From Gammaproteobacteria bacterium (GTDB lineage Bacteria; Pseudomonadota; Gammaproteobacteria; Eutrophobiales; Eutrophobiaceae): 64,000 nt of DNA. Both the position numbers and the translations under genes were made by a program. Each line of letters begins with the position of its first letter. The stretch's first letter is position 1. The notes under the pieces were generated by a model, which was given only the letters and a program-made list of their open reading frames with translations, ran no database searches and was not told the origin of the DNA. The stretch covers positions 1,280,001 through 1,344,000 of the forward strand of contig OZ220696.1 in the NCBI GenBank assembly GCA_965116495.1. Direction: 5' to 3'. Of this stretch, positions 48,881 through 59,535 are shown piece after piece.

Positions 48881-49004
48881 GGGAAATAAATCTGTCCCCT
48901 TTTATGTGATATCGACCTGGCGGGCGATGCCACCTTGCGTATGGGCGGAAAGTTTATCGACCAGATGCTTGCCGCAGCAAAACTGGTGTAGTTACATTGT
49001 AGTC

Positions 49005-49033
49005 TTGACTGTAGTTTCATGCGTGACTATACT
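49005..49033 (+). promoter_or_regulatory. Sigma70 promoter of the Phd-VapC operon
   Basis: TTGACT-17 bp-TATACT, with TGTAGT direct repeats at 48987, 48998 and 49010. Confidence 0.65.
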
Positions 49034-49063
49034 GTAAACAATCTGAACCGGCAGGAGATTTTT

Positions 49064-49318
49064 ATGGAATTAGCACTGCGTCAGGCAAAAGCGCGCCTTT
49101 CTGAACTTGTCGCTGCCGCCCAGGGTGGTGAGCGTGTGATTATCACGAAGCATGGAGAACCGGCGGTCGAACTCGTTCGCTTTCGCAGACGGGGCGGAAT
49201 CGATTTTGAAAAACTGGACGGGGCGAGACAACGCCTTGGACTAAAAAACAACGATACGAGATGGCCTGAGGAATTTGACAACCCGGCGTTCAGCCGCAGG
49301 GTCCTGGGAATTGAGTAG
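49064..49318 (+). CDS. Phd/YefM family antitoxin
   Basis: AKARLSELVAAAQGGERVIITKHGEP; AGGAG RBS. Confidence 0.9.
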   Translation: MELALRQAKARLSELVAAAQGGERVIITKHGEPAVELVRFRRRGGIDFEKLDGARQRLGLKNNDTRWPEEFDNPAFSRRVLGIE

Positions 49319-49332
49319 GCTGCGTCCGACCC

Positions 49333-49728
49333 ATGCGGATTCTACTTGACACTTCCTACCTCTACCGGTTGATGACGCAACCCGCGCGTCTATCCGACGC
49401 TGAGCGGTTGATCCTGACGAACCAGACGCTACAGCTCTACGTGAGCGCCGTGTCGATCTGGGAGATGAGACTGAAATTCCAGAGCTTTGAGCGATCCGGC
49501 AAACGAAAGAGTCCGTTCGACCCAAATCTCGTGCTCAGCCTGCTTGAAGATCAGGACATCATTTTCCTGCCTATAACCCCAAGTCACGCGGCCCGACCAT
49601 TGGAGACTCCCGTTCTCCATAAAGACCCGTTCGACGAAATGCTGCTCGTACAGGCCCAGGAAGAGGGCCTCAAACTCCTTACCGTCGATCGTCAGATAAC
49701 AGGGCATCCATTAGCAATCAGGGCTTAA
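49333..49728 (+). CDS. vapC: PIN-domain toxin
   Basis: MRILLDT, SAVSIWE, HKDPFD..L..QA, LLTVD. Confidence 0.9.
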   Translation: MRILLDTSYLYRLMTQPARLSDAERLILTNQTLQLYVSAVSIWEMRLKFQSFERSGKRKSPFDPNLVLSLLEDQDIIFLPITPSHAARPLETPVLHKDPFDEMLLVQAQEEGLKLLTVDRQITGHPLAIRA

Positions 49729-49859
49729 CGAGAAGAGGGATTCTCCTGTTACGTATTTTACCGTGGTTCCACTGCCCTTTATATGGGCGATATTACAGTT
49801 CTGCCAATCGAATATGCTTTGAAACATCTTGAACAGATATTGAATAATACGGTGCTGGA

Positions 49860-50630
49860 TTAAGCCACTTCCCGTTGTTTCATCACCCCTGGAAAACCCG
49901 GCATGTCGTAGCCGGCCAGTCCCTTGATGTCCGGCAGGGGCCAGGTTCGCTTGCTGTGACTGAGACCGGTTTTTACCAGGGCGTCGGCGGTATGGACCGC
50001 TAACGGAATTGGATCAATCACAGGCACGTCCAGTCCCGCGTCCAGCAAGCCTCTGCGCATGGCCACCGCGCAGCCAAGGAAGCCGGTACAACCGAGGATT
50101 AACGCGTCTGCGCCCTCTTGCTGCACGGAAACTACGGCTTTTTCCGTTAATGCTTCGTTGAGTTTCGCCGGATCATGGCTGATGTCCAATACGGGTATGT
50201 CGATGGCCTGGAAGGAAGCATAATTAGCGTTGATCCCGTATTTTGACGCTATGTTGTCGATCAGGGGACGCAGGCGTCCCAGTACCGTGATAAAACCAAA
50301 ACGGTGCGCAAGCAGACTGGCCGTGTACATCGCAGTCTGGCAGGGCCCCAGCACCGGGATGGAGACGACCTCGCGGCAGGCGTCCAGTCCCGGGTCCCCC
50401 ATGCAGTCAATTACGATGGCGTGCGCGCCGTTCCGCTCCGCTTCTATGGCCTTTTTAATGGTATCCGGAATGCTCAGGGCCTCATCGAATTCGGATTCTA
50501 TTGACGCGGGACCTTTGTCCAGGATGGAATGCCGCACTTCAAGGTCCGGACGCTCCAGTTCCCTGACATCGTCAAGTTGCCGGATCCCTCTTGTTATAAT
50601 GGGCGTAATTATTTGAACGATGGTTTTCAT
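49860..50630 (-). CDS. Asp/Glu/hydantoin racemase family protein
   Basis: GPASIE, IDCMGDPG, LGCTG (two catalytic Cys), PVIDP. Confidence 0.9.
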   Translation of the reverse strand: MKTIVQIITPIITRGIRQLDDVRELERPDLEVRHSILDKGPASIESEFDEALSIPDTIKKAIEAERNGAHAIVIDCMGDPGLDACREVVSIPVLGPCQTAMYTASLLAHRFGFITVLGRLRPLIDNIASKYGINANYASFQAIDIPVLDISHDPAKLNEALTEKAVVSVQQEGADALILGCTGFLGCAVAMRRGLLDAGLDVPVIDPIPLAVHTADALVKTGLSHSKRTWPLPDIKGLAGYDMPGFPGVMKQREVA

Positions 50631-50642
50631 CGGGGGGTGCTC

Positions 50643-52793
50643 CTACCAGTTAAGATCCACACTGACGCCATAGGTGGCGGGCAGACCATAGTTTTCGCCG
50701 AAGCCAACCGTCGAGGTCAAGACCTGGGTGCGGTAGACCTCATCGGTGATATTCTTACCCCATAAATACACGCCCCATGCCCCATTGGCGGACTTTATGC
50801 CACCGCGAATATTGGACATCCAGTAACCGTCTTCACGTGCTTCCGGTGGCTGTCTTACGATATCGTAGATCACGTCGTCTTTATAAGCGGTATCAAACAT
50901 GATATCTGCGAGCAGGCTGCCGGTAAGGTTCCATTCGTAGCTGACAAGGGCATTAAAATTCAGTTCGGGTGCGTTCGGTAGTTTGCTGCCGGTTGCCACA
51001 TACGGATCGAGAATGGAAGCCGTGATTTCAGTGTCAAGTAATCCCAACCCCAAATGTATATCCAGACCTTCCGCCGCTTTCCATAACAGATCAAATTCCG
51101 CGCCATATACCTCGGCATCACCGGCATTGGTAATACCAAACAAAGGCCCGACCACGGGATTCTGATATATCGAGCCGTAAATCTGTACGCCTTTATAATC
51201 ATAGAAGAACGCGGAGACGTTGAATTGCAGACTGTTGTTCAACAGTTGCGTCTTGGCGCCGATTTCATAAGCCCAGACAATCTCTTTATCGAACCCGGCA
51301 AGGTCGGCGGGATTAAATGTGAGTTGCCCCTGGAAACTGCCTGATTTAAATCCCCGGCTGACGTTCGCATACAACAGGGCGTTTTCAAATCGCGTATAAT
51401 CGATGCCTATCTTGCCTGACAGGTTTGATACGTCGTAATCATTGCTGACAGGCGGAAAAGCCTGGCCCTCTATCCCCGTCCTTCCGAAATCGGCGAAAGT
51501 GAATGCGTCCTTGAATTCCTTGTTCTCGTCCGTGTAGCGTAGCCCGGCAATAAACTTCCAGTCCTCGTGCAACTGCCATTCGGCATGGCCGAACACGGCA
51601 TAGGAATCCGCATCCTGGCTATATTCATTACCGACGAAGGTAAAGGGGAAAGGCAGATCTGTGGTGTCGAAGATGTCCCGCGTCGATACCTCGTCGCGAC
51701 CGTAGAATGCACCGCCAATCAATACCAGGCGCGCGCCTGTGTAAGTCAGGCGCAATTCCTGCGACACCTGTTCTATCTCATTCAGGAACAGCCCGTCCAG
51801 GTGTACCAGGGCGGAGCCGTCCCGGTCCTCGTCATGGCTGCGCTCATAGTCTTCGTAGCCGGTGACGGAGGTCAGGGACAAGAGGTCGGACAGGTCCCAG
51901 TTGATGGTCAGCGATACCCCGTAGTTTTCATTATCCAGTTCCGTGTCATTCCCGGCGGCGGAACTGTACGGATCGGCAATGCCGTCGTCTTCGGGCGTGA
52001 ACAGGTTGTCCACCTTCACCAGCAGGGTGTCGGATTTATCGACGCCGCCATGTACGTTGAGCAGGATATCCAGATCTTCTGACAGCTGCCAGTTCAACAA
52101 GCCGCGCCAGGCGGTGCGATCAATCTCACCCACTTTATCACCGGTTGCCCGGTTTAATTGAAAACCGTCATTGCGCTGGGAAGTCTGTACCGCAACCCGG
52201 CCCATCAGACCTTCCGCTATCCGGCCACTCAACGCGCCTTCCAGGACAAAATGGTCGTAGCGGCCATAATCAGCGGACAGGTAACCTTCAAATTCATCCG
52301 TCGGTTTTCTGCTGATGAATTTCATGGCCCCGGCAGTGGTATTACGGCCGTACAGGGTGCCCTGTGGACCTTTCAGCACCTCGACGCGGTCCAGGTCAAA
52401 CAACTGGAAGCCGAGCATGGCGGGCGAGACCAGGTACACCTCGTCGATGTATATACCGGCTGCTGGGTTGTTGTTCACGGCATAGTCATTCAACCCGAGC
52501 CCGCGAATGCTGACGTTCGTGACGCTGTTGCCGAAGGTCTCGTTGATATTCAGGTTCGGCGTCTGCGCGGCAAGATCCACGGGCTGACCCAGGCGCTGTT
52601 CCCGGATCGCCGTGCCGGAGAAAACCGTTACAGCCACGCTGACATCGTTCAGGCTCTGTTCACGCTTTTGCGCGGTGACGATGATCTCCTCGATCTGCAA
52701 GCCGGAGGTCTGTGCCGCGAGATTGCCTACCCAGAATGATAAAATTGTCAGAATGATTACATTCACTATTGACTTGTCAGTTGATGTCTTCAT
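50643..52793 (-). CDS. TonB-dependent receptor
   Basis: Signal peptide, EEIIVTAQKR, RVEVLKGPQGTLYGRN, C-terminal W. Confidence 0.95.
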   Translation of the reverse strand: MKTSTDKSIVNVIILTILSFWVGNLAAQTSGLQIEEIIVTAQKREQSLNDVSVAVTVFSGTAIREQRLGQPVDLAAQTPNLNINETFGNSVTNVSIRGLGLNDYAVNNNPAAGIYIDEVYLVSPAMLGFQLFDLDRVEVLKGPQGTLYGRNTTAGAMKFISRKPTDEFEGYLSADYGRYDHFVLEGALSGRIAEGLMGRVAVQTSQRNDGFQLNRATGDKVGEIDRTAWRGLLNWQLSEDLDILLNVHGGVDKSDTLLVKVDNLFTPEDDGIADPYSSAAGNDTELDNENYGVSLTINWDLSDLLSLTSVTGYEDYERSHDEDRDGSALVHLDGLFLNEIEQVSQELRLTYTGARLVLIGGAFYGRDEVSTRDIFDTTDLPFPFTFVGNEYSQDADSYAVFGHAEWQLHEDWKFIAGLRYTDENKEFKDAFTFADFGRTGIEGQAFPPVSNDYDVSNLSGKIGIDYTRFENALLYANVSRGFKSGSFQGQLTFNPADLAGFDKEIVWAYEIGAKTQLLNNSLQFNVSAFFYDYKGVQIYGSIYQNPVVGPLFGITNAGDAEVYGAEFDLLWKAAEGLDIHLGLGLLDTEITASILDPYVATGSKLPNAPELNFNALVSYEWNLTGSLLADIMFDTAYKDDVIYDIVRQPPEAREDGYWMSNIRGGIKSANGAWGVYLWGKNITDEVYRTQVLTSTVGFGENYGLPATYGVSVDLNW

Positions 52794-52864
52794 TTCAACC
52801 CTCCCCTTTCATAGGTGCACAACCGGTTATAAATTTTACTGTCCCATTGAACAATTACTTGCTT

Positions 52865-53983
52865 TTACAATTCTTCAACGGGAATGAATTCTTCTTCCAG
52901 GCCGAACGCCTGCGGCCCGAACACAGCCAGGGATTCGGGCCTCCTCATGATGGGCGCGGCGCTCGTTCCGATAACCTTGACCCGTTGACCGTATTTCAGG
53001 GCCTCGACCGTAACGGGCCGGACTGTCTCCCGGTCCACAATACAAATCAGATCCGGGACGACGGCAACTGTCTTTCCATCGACCCGGGCAACCAGGTTTT
53101 CGTTCTGAAATAACACAGTCATGCGTCGCGCGCTGCCATCCAACGCGGCAAGCTCACAGTGGCCCATGGAAAAACCACCGGTCGTTTCCCTCCTGAGGTC
53201 TGTGATTTTTCCATCAAATAACACTTTGCAGTGGTTGTAGTATTCAGTGGAGCGCAAATATTCAAGCAAGGCCTTGATTGGTTCGCCTTCTTTCCTGCCC
53301 TGGGACAGCGCGCGGCCAACGCCAAGCGCCAGAGTCAACGTTCCCTTTACCGCATACTGCTTTACCTGGCGTCCGTTCATGGGGTAACAGGAAATCATAA
53401 CGCTGAGCCCCATTTGGATAGCGGCTGCTCGAATTAAATCTTCCGCGCGCTTTCCATCATTCGTTTCAACAATAACAGTCTCCAGGTGTTCATCGACAAT
53501 CACCGCGGGGGTGGCAGGCACCCCATAGACGTGGAACGTGACCATCTGCAGTTCGGGGAAAGCTCGTCCCATTCCATCACAATTCACCAGGGGCAGACCC
53601 AGACGCGCCGCGGCAACGATGGGGATCATGGAATTAATTCCGCCGATTTCGATGGGGCAAATCGCGTCCGGTTGGCGGCCGATAAGTTGCGCAAGGCGCT
53701 TGATGGAATGGTCGATATCCTCACCTGATGCGGCCTTCTCTACCAGGACCGTCGGCGCGCCCAGCATGGCGGCCGGTAGTACACTCGCATCATCATCCAG
53801 TTCGCTGACTTCGACAATTTCCGGCGCTCCGTATTCCTCAATGGCATGCTTTGCCATTAACCGGCCGATATAAGGGTCGCCACCGCCGCCCGTTCCGAGA
53901 AACGCCGCTCCCTGGGCCAAATCATCCAGGTCCGCTGTGTTAATAAACAAGTTCCTGTCGGTTGTTTCTATGACATTCAGCAC
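52865..53983 (-). CDS. DUF917 family protein
   Basis: GAAFLGTGGGGDP, GAPTV, EIGGINS, DGMGRAFPE, FQNENL, VPDLI. Confidence 0.9.
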   Translation of the reverse strand: MLNVIETTDRNLFINTADLDDLAQGAAFLGTGGGGDPYIGRLMAKHAIEEYGAPEIVEVSELDDDASVLPAAMLGAPTVLVEKAASGEDIDHSIKRLAQLIGRQPDAICPIEIGGINSMIPIVAAARLGLPLVNCDGMGRAFPELQMVTFHVYGVPATPAVIVDEHLETVIVETNDGKRAEDLIRAAAIQMGLSVMISCYPMNGRQVKQYAVKGTLTLALGVGRALSQGRKEGEPIKALLEYLRSTEYYNHCKVLFDGKITDLRRETTGGFSMGHCELAALDGSARRMTVLFQNENLVARVDGKTVAVVPDLICIVDRETVRPVTVEALKYGQRVKVIGTSAAPIMRRPESLAVFGPQAFGLEEEFIPVEEL

Positions 53984-55524
53984 AGGCGCAACTCCCCCGC
54001 CGCTTTCGCGCGGATACGCACGGCGCTGCCCGGCATATAGGCTAGCGGCATCTCCTCGAAATCTATAATTTCAATGCTGTTTTCATCGGCTCCTGCATTC
54101 CTGGCCTGGTTGGCGGCTTCCGCTTGCGCGCCTTTTACGGCTTCCTCGCGGGTGACCTGTTCGTATGAATATACCTTGTTGATTTCCCCACCGACCTGGG
54201 CAATAGACGCCCCAATTGCATTCGCCACCTGCGCGTGCTGCGGGACGACCACTTCATTTGTCCCGGCAATATGTTCCCGGATCAGAATTGACCCGCCCCC
54301 GACCAGTATCAAGGGTAACGGTTGGGCGCTTGTCTTCATGCGGTCCACGCTTTCTTCCACTGTCCTGTGCATAGCGCTCGCCGTTTCCCGTACCAGGGAC
54401 TCGGGCAGGTTTGCAACCTCGCCGGGATTGCCGACTTCAACGAAACCTGCGGCAACGGCAATATCGGTAGCCGTCAGTTGTCTCCCACCGAACACCCGCG
54501 CTTGTTCCTCCAGGCGATAACCGACTGACCGGGGCCCAACCCTGACTTTTCCATTCTGGCTGACGAGGCTGCCGCCTCCCAACCCCACAGACAGGATATC
54601 CGGCATGCGAAAATTGGTGCGCACACTACCCACATCCATGGAAACACCGGATTCTCGCGGAAAACCATTGACCAGCACGCCGATATCGGTTGTGGTGCCG
54701 CCAATGTCCACAACCAACGCATCCTTGAGGCCGGACAGGTAGGCGGCGCCGCGAATACTGTTAGTCGGGCCGGAAGCGAAGGTCAAGACCGGATATTTCC
54801 CAACAAATTCGGCACTCATCAAGGTCCCGTCATTCTGACTGATATAAAATGGCGCGCTTATTTTGAGCCGCGCCAGAGCCCGTTCAAACGAAGCCACGAA
54901 TGTGGCGCTCAAACCGGTCAAACTCGCATTGATGATCGCAGCATTTTCCCGCTCCAGTAAACCGATTCGGCCGATACGGGATGATAAGGTCACGGACGCA
55001 TCTTCCAGCTCGTTCAACACGATTTCCCCGGCGCGCTCTTCCATTGCGCTGTTGACAGGCGAAAATACGCCACTGACTGCGACCGTCCGGATACCTTTTG
55101 TTTGCATGTCTTTTGCAGCGGAAGCAATCGCTTGTTCATCCAGCCTGGAAATCGGTCTCCCGTCGAACTCATATCCGCCCGCTACCATGTAGTGATGTTT
55201 TCCTATCACTGCAGCTATGTCATCGGGCCAGTCGACCATGGGCGGCACGCCGCGCGTGGCAGGCAGAGCCAGACGTATCACTCCCACTTCCTGTAAATGC
55301 TTGCGCTCGACAAAGGCGTTGGTGAAACGGGTGGTACCCATCATGACTGCCTGAATATCTCCCGTGGCAATCCGTGACATATTGAGCACATTCCTGACAG
55401 CAGCCATGATCCCCTCATCGACATTCTTGCCCGTAGGCGCCTTGTATACGGCCTTCACGTTATTGCCGTCCATCAACACGGCATCCGTATTCGTTCCTCC
55501 TACATCTACGCCTATTCTGATAAT
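53977..55524 (-). CDS. Hydantoinase A / oxoprolinase family ATP-dependent protein
   Basis: RIGVDVGGTNTDAV, GTT.FTNA, SGPTNS, DIGGTTTD, ANAIGA; the start is inferred at non-canonical ATT 55524. Confidence 0.88.
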   Translation of the reverse strand: MIRIGVDVGGTNTDAVLMDGNNVKAVYKAPTGKNVDEGIMAAVRNVLNMSRIATGDIQAVMMGTTRFTNAFVERKHLQEVGVIRLALPATRGVPPMVDWPDDIAAVIGKHHYMVAGGYEFDGRPISRLDEQAIASAAKDMQTKGIRTVAVSGVFSPVNSAMEERAGEIVLNELEDASVTLSSRIGRIGLLERENAAIINASLTGLSATFVASFERALARLKISAPFYISQNDGTLMSAEFVGKYPVLTFASGPTNSIRGAAYLSGLKDALVVDIGGTTTDIGVLVNGFPRESGVSMDVGSVRTNFRMPDILSVGLGGGSLVSQNGKVRVGPRSVGYRLEEQARVFGGRQLTATDIAVAAGFVEVGNPGEVANLPESLVRETASAMHRTVEESVDRMKTSAQPLPLILVGGGSILIREHIAGTNEVVVPQHAQVANAIGASIAQVGGEINKVYSYEQVTREEAVKGAQAEAANQARNAGADENSIEIIDFEEMPLAYMPGSAVRIRAKAAGELRLC

Positions 55525-55624
55525 TGCAATATCCTCCAGGTATCGGAACGCCGGGCATACCCGTCCTGCCGGGTTGGAATAGTTGTTCAGGTTAATCAGT
55601 TTTTACCTGGAATCACCCGTTCCG

Positions 55625-55697
55625 TGGTGTGGTTCCCCGGTTGAATTGAGTAGTGCTACTGTTTACCTGCGAATCGGCTACCTGCACGAACGGGTAG
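55625..55697 (-). promoter_or_regulatory. Putative binding region of the MalT/LuxR regulator (hyuA operon)
   Basis: TGGTGTGGTT..TTGAGTAGTG..GAACGGGTAG, shared with 62918-62990. Confidence 0.6.
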
Positions 55698-55750
55698 GTT
55701 GTCAGCAAACTTTATTGACACGTCAAACACGTCAACATATTGTTGCTTGC

Positions 55751-58495
55751 ATGAAGGAAAAACATGGGCCGGAAATCAATACCTTGTTCCCGGCTTGGCT
55801 TATGCGTTCCAAGGTGTACCCCACCCGGCAGCGTGTGGACGTGTTACAGAGACCGTCCCTGCTCAAGCAGCTCGATACTTGCCTGGACGCCACCTTATCA
55901 CTGGTCTGCGCCCCGGCAGGCTATGGCAAGAGCACACTCTATGCCGACTGGCGCAACAAGTTGTTACGGGATAACGTCAAGGCATGCTGGCTATCGCTGG
56001 AGCAGGATGACAACGACGCATTCCAACTTCTGACCTATATTGCCTACTCACTGTACGAGGGCGGCGTGGACTTTTCCGCAGCCGGGATAACGGAAAAAAT
56101 TCACTCCGGTGATCTCTCGGCACGCACGCTCCTGAACATCATACAGCGCGTGGTTGAAAGCGAAGAGCAGAAAACCGTGATCATCTTCGATGACTTTGAA
56201 AATCTCAACGAAGAGACAATCGACAGGGTAATCCAGCCGTTGCTGACCTATGCGCCGGCCAACCTGCACGTCGCCGTTGCAAGCAGGGACGACCGCCGCT
56301 TGAAGGTGGCCAAGCTGGAAATGGAAGGCCTGGCGTTGCGCCTGCCCGCAAGGAGTCTCTATTTTACGGTGGATGAACTCAGGCTGTTCTTCGAGGATTA
56401 CCTGCCCACAGAAACCATAGAGGAAATCCGGTGCCTGACGGAAGGCTGGCCTGTGGCCGTACAGATGCTCAGGAGTTCCGTGAAAGCCGACCGGGACATA
56501 GACCGTGTCCTGGTCAGTATGACCTCCTCCTCCAGCATCATTACCACCTACCTTTCAGAGCAGATCTTCAGTGGGCTGGACAGCAAGCTGCAAAACTTTT
56601 TGATGGACATCTCGTTGGTGGACGGGATGTCGTGTGAACTAGCGGATTACCTGCGTAAAGCCGATGACAGCGAAGCGCTGTTTGACGCCTGCCATACGCT
56701 GAGCGCCCTGGTTTCTCCTGTGGAACAGGTGAGAAACACCTGGCGCTTGCATCCCCTGTTCCGGGACTACCTGCAGCACAAGCTGTTGTTTGGCTGCCCG
56801 GAGCGTGCTTCAGCCCTGCACCTGCACGCGGCTGACTGGTTTGCCGGGAAAGGCAATCTCGTCCGGGCCGTGAGGCATGCGGTACAGGCAGGCAGACCCC
56901 GACGGGCAGTGGAAATTATCGAGCAACAGGGCGGCGTCATACTCTGGTTGCGGGAGGGACTGACGCGTCTGAGGACCGCCCTGGGTCTGCTGGATGAGAA
57001 CTCCATTTCCGCCTCACCCCGCATAACGGCCATCCGCTGTATCCTGGATATCAGGGAAGGCCAGGTTTACCAGGCTCGCAAACGCTACGACGTCATGCTG
57101 GAGCGCTACCGGGACACACGTGACGAGTTTGCTACGGCAGACCGGGAACGTATAGACCATGAGCTCATGCTGGTGGAATCGCTGCTGGCCTGCTACGAGG
57201 GAAAGATGCAGTCTGAGCAGTTCTGTACCCGCTTCACGCAGAACATTTCCCGGATTGACCGGAACGATCATGCAAGCCTCGGATACCACCATAATCTGCT
57301 TTGTTTTGCCTACGCGCAAAGAGGGATGCTTCGTGAAGCCAGGTACCATGCCGGGGAGTCAACAAGGGAATACCGGCTGCTTGGATCGTACTACGGTGAA
57401 GCCTACATTAATTTTCACCTGGGGGATATTTCGTTCGCAGAAGGAAACAGCGAACAGGCCAGAAGTAGTTACCAAGCCGGCCTGAACCTGTGCCGGCGGC
57501 ATTTTAATGATGATATGAGTATAAAGCTGCTCGCTAAAGTATTGATGGCAGAGCTGAATTACGAACTGAATCAACTACGGGGCATGTCCAACACGGCCGT
57601 TTCCATCGCAAGACAACTGGAAGAACGGGAAGCCTGGTTCGATATCTATGCGGCAGGTTACACCACCGCAAGCAACGTCGAATTTGCAAGGTATGGTATC
57701 GATGCTGCAGATGCAATCCTGACCCGAGCCCTGAGCTATGCCGGGAGACAAAAGCTGGAACGTTTAATCAACCTGCTGTTATTCCAGCGTATTGACCTGT
57801 TGTTGCGCGCCAACCTGGACGAGGAGGCACAGCGCACCTTCAGAGACTCGGGACTACGGCTGGAAATCTACAGAAACCCAGGCCAGAGCGATATTGCCTG
57901 GCGCGAGCGCCACGCCGCAGTACACGCGATTATCCTGTTGCAGCTCAGGCAAAAAAACTTTGAAGAAGCCCTGGCTGCGCTCGGTTGTTTCTCAAGCCAT
58001 GCCCAATCCAGCGGCCACCTGAAACCGAATCTGAGGTATGAAATATTAAAGAGTATGGCTTATCGGGGGAAAAACGATTATGCATCGGCATTCAAACACC
58101 TGGGCCAGGCTTTATCGTTGTCCGTGAGTTCCGGTTTTGTCCGATCGTTCATCGATGCTGGCAGTGAATTACAGGAGATCCTGCAACTGTATATGCACTC
58201 GTCGGAATACACAGCTTCGCCAACCGGCTACAGGCAACAGGCGGAAAAAATAGCGGCGTACTTCATTGACGCCGACAAAATGGAAAGCACAGAAGAATTG
58301 CTGAGCAGGAGAGAGAGCGAAGTGTTGAAATATCTGGCTCAGGGCATGTCCAACAAGCTGATCGCCAGAAACATCTGCATTTCGGAAAACACGGTCCGGT
58401 TCCACTTGAAAAATATCTTTTCCAAGCTCCAGGTCAATAACCGGCTGCTTGCGGTTTCCGTTGCCCGCAAAAGAAAGTTAATTCAACTCGCATAA
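55751..58495 (+). CDS. MalT-type (STAND ATPase-LuxR) transcriptional regulator
   Basis: APAGYGKS P-loop, WLSL, TEGWP, LHPLFRDYL, C-terminal LSRRE...NKLIA...TVRFHLKNIFSKL. Confidence 0.93.
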   Translation: MKEKHGPEINTLFPAWLMRSKVYPTRQRVDVLQRPSLLKQLDTCLDATLSLVCAPAGYGKSTLYADWRNKLLRDNVKACWLSLEQDDNDAFQLLTYIAYSLYEGGVDFSAAGITEKIHSGDLSARTLLNIIQRVVESEEQKTVIIFDDFENLNEETIDRVIQPLLTYAPANLHVAVASRDDRRLKVAKLEMEGLALRLPARSLYFTVDELRLFFEDYLPTETIEEIRCLTEGWPVAVQMLRSSVKADRDIDRVLVSMTSSSSIITTYLSEQIFSGLDSKLQNFLMDISLVDGMSCELADYLRKADDSEALFDACHTLSALVSPVEQVRNTWRLHPLFRDYLQHKLLFGCPERASALHLHAADWFAGKGNLVRAVRHAVQAGRPRRAVEIIEQQGGVILWLREGLTRLRTALGLLDENSISASPRITAIRCILDIREGQVYQARKRYDVMLERYRDTRDEFATADRERIDHELMLVESLLACYEGKMQSEQFCTRFTQNISRIDRNDHASLGYHHNLLCFAYAQRGMLREARYHAGESTREYRLLGSYYGEAYINFHLGDISFAEGNSEQARSSYQAGLNLCRRHFNDDMSIKLLAKVLMAELNYELNQLRGMSNTAVSIARQLEEREAWFDIYAAGYTTASNVEFARYGIDAADAILTRALSYAGRQKLERLINLLLFQRIDLLLRANLDEEAQRTFRDSGLRLEIYRNPGQSDIAWRERHAAVHAIILLQLRQKNFEEALAALGCFSSHAQSSGHLKPNLRYEILKSMAYRGKNDYASAFKHLGQALSLSVSSGFVRSFIDAGSELQEILQLYMHSSEYTASPTGYRQQAEKIAAYFIDADKMESTEELLSRRESEVLKYLAQGMSNKLIARNICISENTVRFHLKNIFSKLQVNNRLLAVSVARKRKLIQLA

Positions 58496-58497
58496 GC

Positions 58498-59529
58498 CTA
58501 CTTCCACACCTGCTCAGCGATGCGAAGCAAGTTTCTGCCAAGTACCTTCTGGATGTCGTTCTCTGTATAGGCTCGATTCAGCAAACACTGTGTGAGTCGA
58601 GGAAGGTTTTCTGGCATAACCACCTCAATGGGAACATCATAACCTGCCGCCCTGGGGAAAGTTTTTGTCATCTTCCTGGTGACTTCGGCTATTTCCGTAT
58701 CATCGAAAATGTAATCAAGTCCAATACCCACATGGTCGATACCACCAAGTTGCACAATGTAATCGATATGGTCGGCAATACTTTCGACGTCTGCACTACC
58801 TGAGCCCAGGAAAATGTTCACGCCATTGATGCCTATAACACCACCTTTTTGAGTGCAGGCCGTTATCAACTCATCCGGAATATTACGGTCATGTTTTTTG
58901 AGGGCAAGGGCATTTGAATGTGAAAAAATGACAGGTTGGCGACTATACTGCATAGCTTCCATTGCGGTTCGATAGCCGGTATGACTCAAACAGACAACCA
59001 TCCCTGCTTCATTCATTTCATCAATAAGTTCCTTCCCTTCCGCTGTGAGTCCCGTATCAGGTTCATGACAGCCGCCTCCTGCCCAATTCCGGCGGTTATA
59101 CGCTAACAGCATCCAGCGAACCCCCAGGTCATATAACATCGGGATCAGGCTGATCTGCCGTTGCAAGGGAGCCGCTCCCTCCAGGTCGAAGGTCACAGCC
59201 AATTTACCTGTGGCATGCGCGAGTTCTATATCCTCAACCGCTTCAACCCTCAGATAATCGTCTGGACGCGCCCCAATCCAGTCCCGCATTTGTGCAAGAA
59301 CGCGTATACAAGCTTCCAGTCCGATTTCCCCGTAACCGACATTGATACTGACTACGTCAACACCGGCATCCCGGTAACGCTGTAATTGTGGAATAAATTC
59401 CAGGTTTTTACCCGAATCCAAGGGGAGGCACCCATGGTTATCCCATACTATGGAACGGTTGTGCAGCGCTTCCGCCTCTTGCGAAACATGCCAGTTACGT
59501 TTCCTTTCCTTTGAGTATTTCCCATTCAT
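58498..59529 (-). CDS. Membrane dipeptidase (peptidase M19) family
   Basis: DNH, DLEG, LSHTG, FSHSN, HDRNI, HVGIGLD, VLGRNLLR. Confidence 0.92.
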   Translation of the reverse strand: MNGKYSKERKRNWHVSQEAEALHNRSIVWDNHGCLPLDSGKNLEFIPQLQRYRDAGVDVVSINVGYGEIGLEACIRVLAQMRDWIGARPDDYLRVEAVEDIELAHATGKLAVTFDLEGAAPLQRQISLIPMLYDLGVRWMLLAYNRRNWAGGGCHEPDTGLTAEGKELIDEMNEAGMVVCLSHTGYRTAMEAMQYSRQPVIFSHSNALALKKHDRNIPDELITACTQKGGVIGINGVNIFLGSGSADVESIADHIDYIVQLGGIDHVGIGLDYIFDDTEIAEVTRKMTKTFPRAAGYDVPIEVVMPENLPRLTQCLLNRAYTENDIQKVLGRNLLRIAEQVWK

Positions 59530-59535
59530 AAACTC

